Assembly: GCA_016190665.1 (NCBI GenBank)
Contig: JACPQD010000022.1
Span: forward strand, 20,296-84,295
Length of the DNA: 64,000 nt
Source: Chloroflexota bacterium
Lineage (GTDB): Bacteria > Chloroflexota > Dehalococcoidia > JACPQD01
Reading direction: 5' to 3'
The translations under genes and the position numbers were made by a program. Position 1 is the stretch's first letter. The number at the start of each line of letters is the position of its first letter. The notes below the pieces were generated by a model that was not told the DNA's origin, did not search any database, and was given only the letters and a program-made list of their open reading frames with translations. This document shows positions 63,439 through 64,000 of the stretch, in pieces.

Positions 63439-64000
63439 ATGACAGACCTGACAACCCTCGTCGGCTTCTCCGCCGCCGCCTTCCTCGTCGCCACGGTCGT
63501 CACGATGACCGGCTTCGGGCTGGGCACCTCGCTCACGCCGATCTTCGCCCTCGTCTACCAGACGCACATCGCCGTGATGCTCGTCGCCGTGGTCCACTTT
63601 CTGAACAATGTCTTCCGCCTGGGACTCTTTCGGCGGCACGTCGACTTCACGCTGATCAAGCGCTTCGGGGTCCTGAGCATTGCCGGCGCGCTGGTGGGGG
63701 CGCTCCTTCAGGGGACAATCCAGAGCGACTGGCTCAAGGTCCTGCTCGGTGTGGTGCTGATCGTCATCGGGGGCATCGAGCTGGCGCCCGGAGGCTCCGG
63801 CTGGCGCTTTCCACCCAGGTTCGACCAGGTCGGCGGTCTGCTGTCAGGTCTGGTTGGCGGACTGCTGGGGAATCAGGGCGCGGTCCGCAGCGCCTATCTG
63901 GTAAACTATAACATCCCCAAGGAGTCCTTCATTGCTACCGCCACACTGATCGCGATCTTCATCGATAGCACGCGGCTCCCCATTTATTTCCTGACCCAGT
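63439..64000 (+). CDS. TauE/SafE (DUF81) family membrane exporter, 3' end beyond the window
   Basis: Not in the ORF track because it has no stop. ATG at 63439 after an AGGGAGG RBS. Translation MTDLTTLVGFSAAAFLVATVVTMTGFGLGT... is hydrophobic with the TauE-like GxGxG pattern. Confidence 0.75.
   Translation, partial: MTDLTTLVGFSAAAFLVATVVTMTGFGLGTSLTPIFALVYQTHIAVMLVAVVHFLNNVFRLGLFRRHVDFTLIKRFGVLSIAGALVGALLQGTIQSDWLKVLLGVVLIVIGGIELAPGGSGWRFPPRFDQVGGLLSGLVGGLLGNQGAVRSAYLVNYNIPKESFIATATLIAIFIDSTRLPIYFLTQ

Noticed and set aside
1-64000. Search for selenocysteine machinery (selA, selB, selD, tRNA-Sec), a GRE activase, ABC permeases, transposases, integrases, tRNAs and rRNAs
   Set aside because: I could not recognise any of these in any frame or intergenic region. 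Their absence from this window does not argue against the Sec or GRE interpretations, but those partners must be sought elsewhere in the genome.

Overview
High-GC (about 60%) bacterial chromosomal window. It is densely coded and dominated by anaerobic-type catabolic operons. SBPs carry lipobox signal peptides, which suggests a monoderm such as Chloroflexota, but I cannot verify taxonomy. I found no rRNA, tRNA, CRISPR array, transposase or integrase. Main content follows. (1) Seven paralogous family-5 ABC substrate-binding lipoproteins (one with an in-frame TAG) plus one NMT1/SsuA-type SBP, with no permease or ATPase gene anywhere in the window. (2) Three loci where an in-frame TGA sits at the same position of a conserved U-G-(S/A)-C motif. 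Reading TGA as selenocysteine merges ORF-track pairs into UGSC-type selenoproteins. These are fused twice and split once from a conserved DGLPV(I/L)PPT domain, and a fourth locus survives only as a 5' stub. Two of the loci lie in a 16-kb co-directional island (26.2-42.8 kb) with four SBPs, a glycyl-radical enzyme with an atypical Cys loop and no activase, and an M29-like hydrolase. This island is my best candidate for an undescribed system. (3) A minus-strand CoA-transferase / B12-mutase / thiolase-DUF35 / PrpD / AtuA-DUF4387 operon. (4) An ABC-type ATPase plus Toprim-like small protein pair (OLD/PARIS-like defence candidate) next to a gene-fusion scar. (5) An ECF sigma factor with its DUF5667 anti-sigma, plus three extra tandem DUF5667 paralogues carrying hypervariable in-frame 63-bp and 57-bp repeat tails. 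(6) A hydantoinase module with one active and one triad-dead carbon-nitrogen hydrolase. (7) Housekeeping genes: mnmE, chrA, an S8 protease and tauE. Intergenic DNA holds several repeat families: a four-hairpin 160-nt element present twice, perfect 15-bp-stem hairpins with covariation, one hairpin split by a 266-nt foldback insert, 9-nt GTCNGAC arrays and short word microsatellites. Several textbook TTGACA-N17-TATAnT promoters are also present. All family names are from memory of motifs, not from searches.
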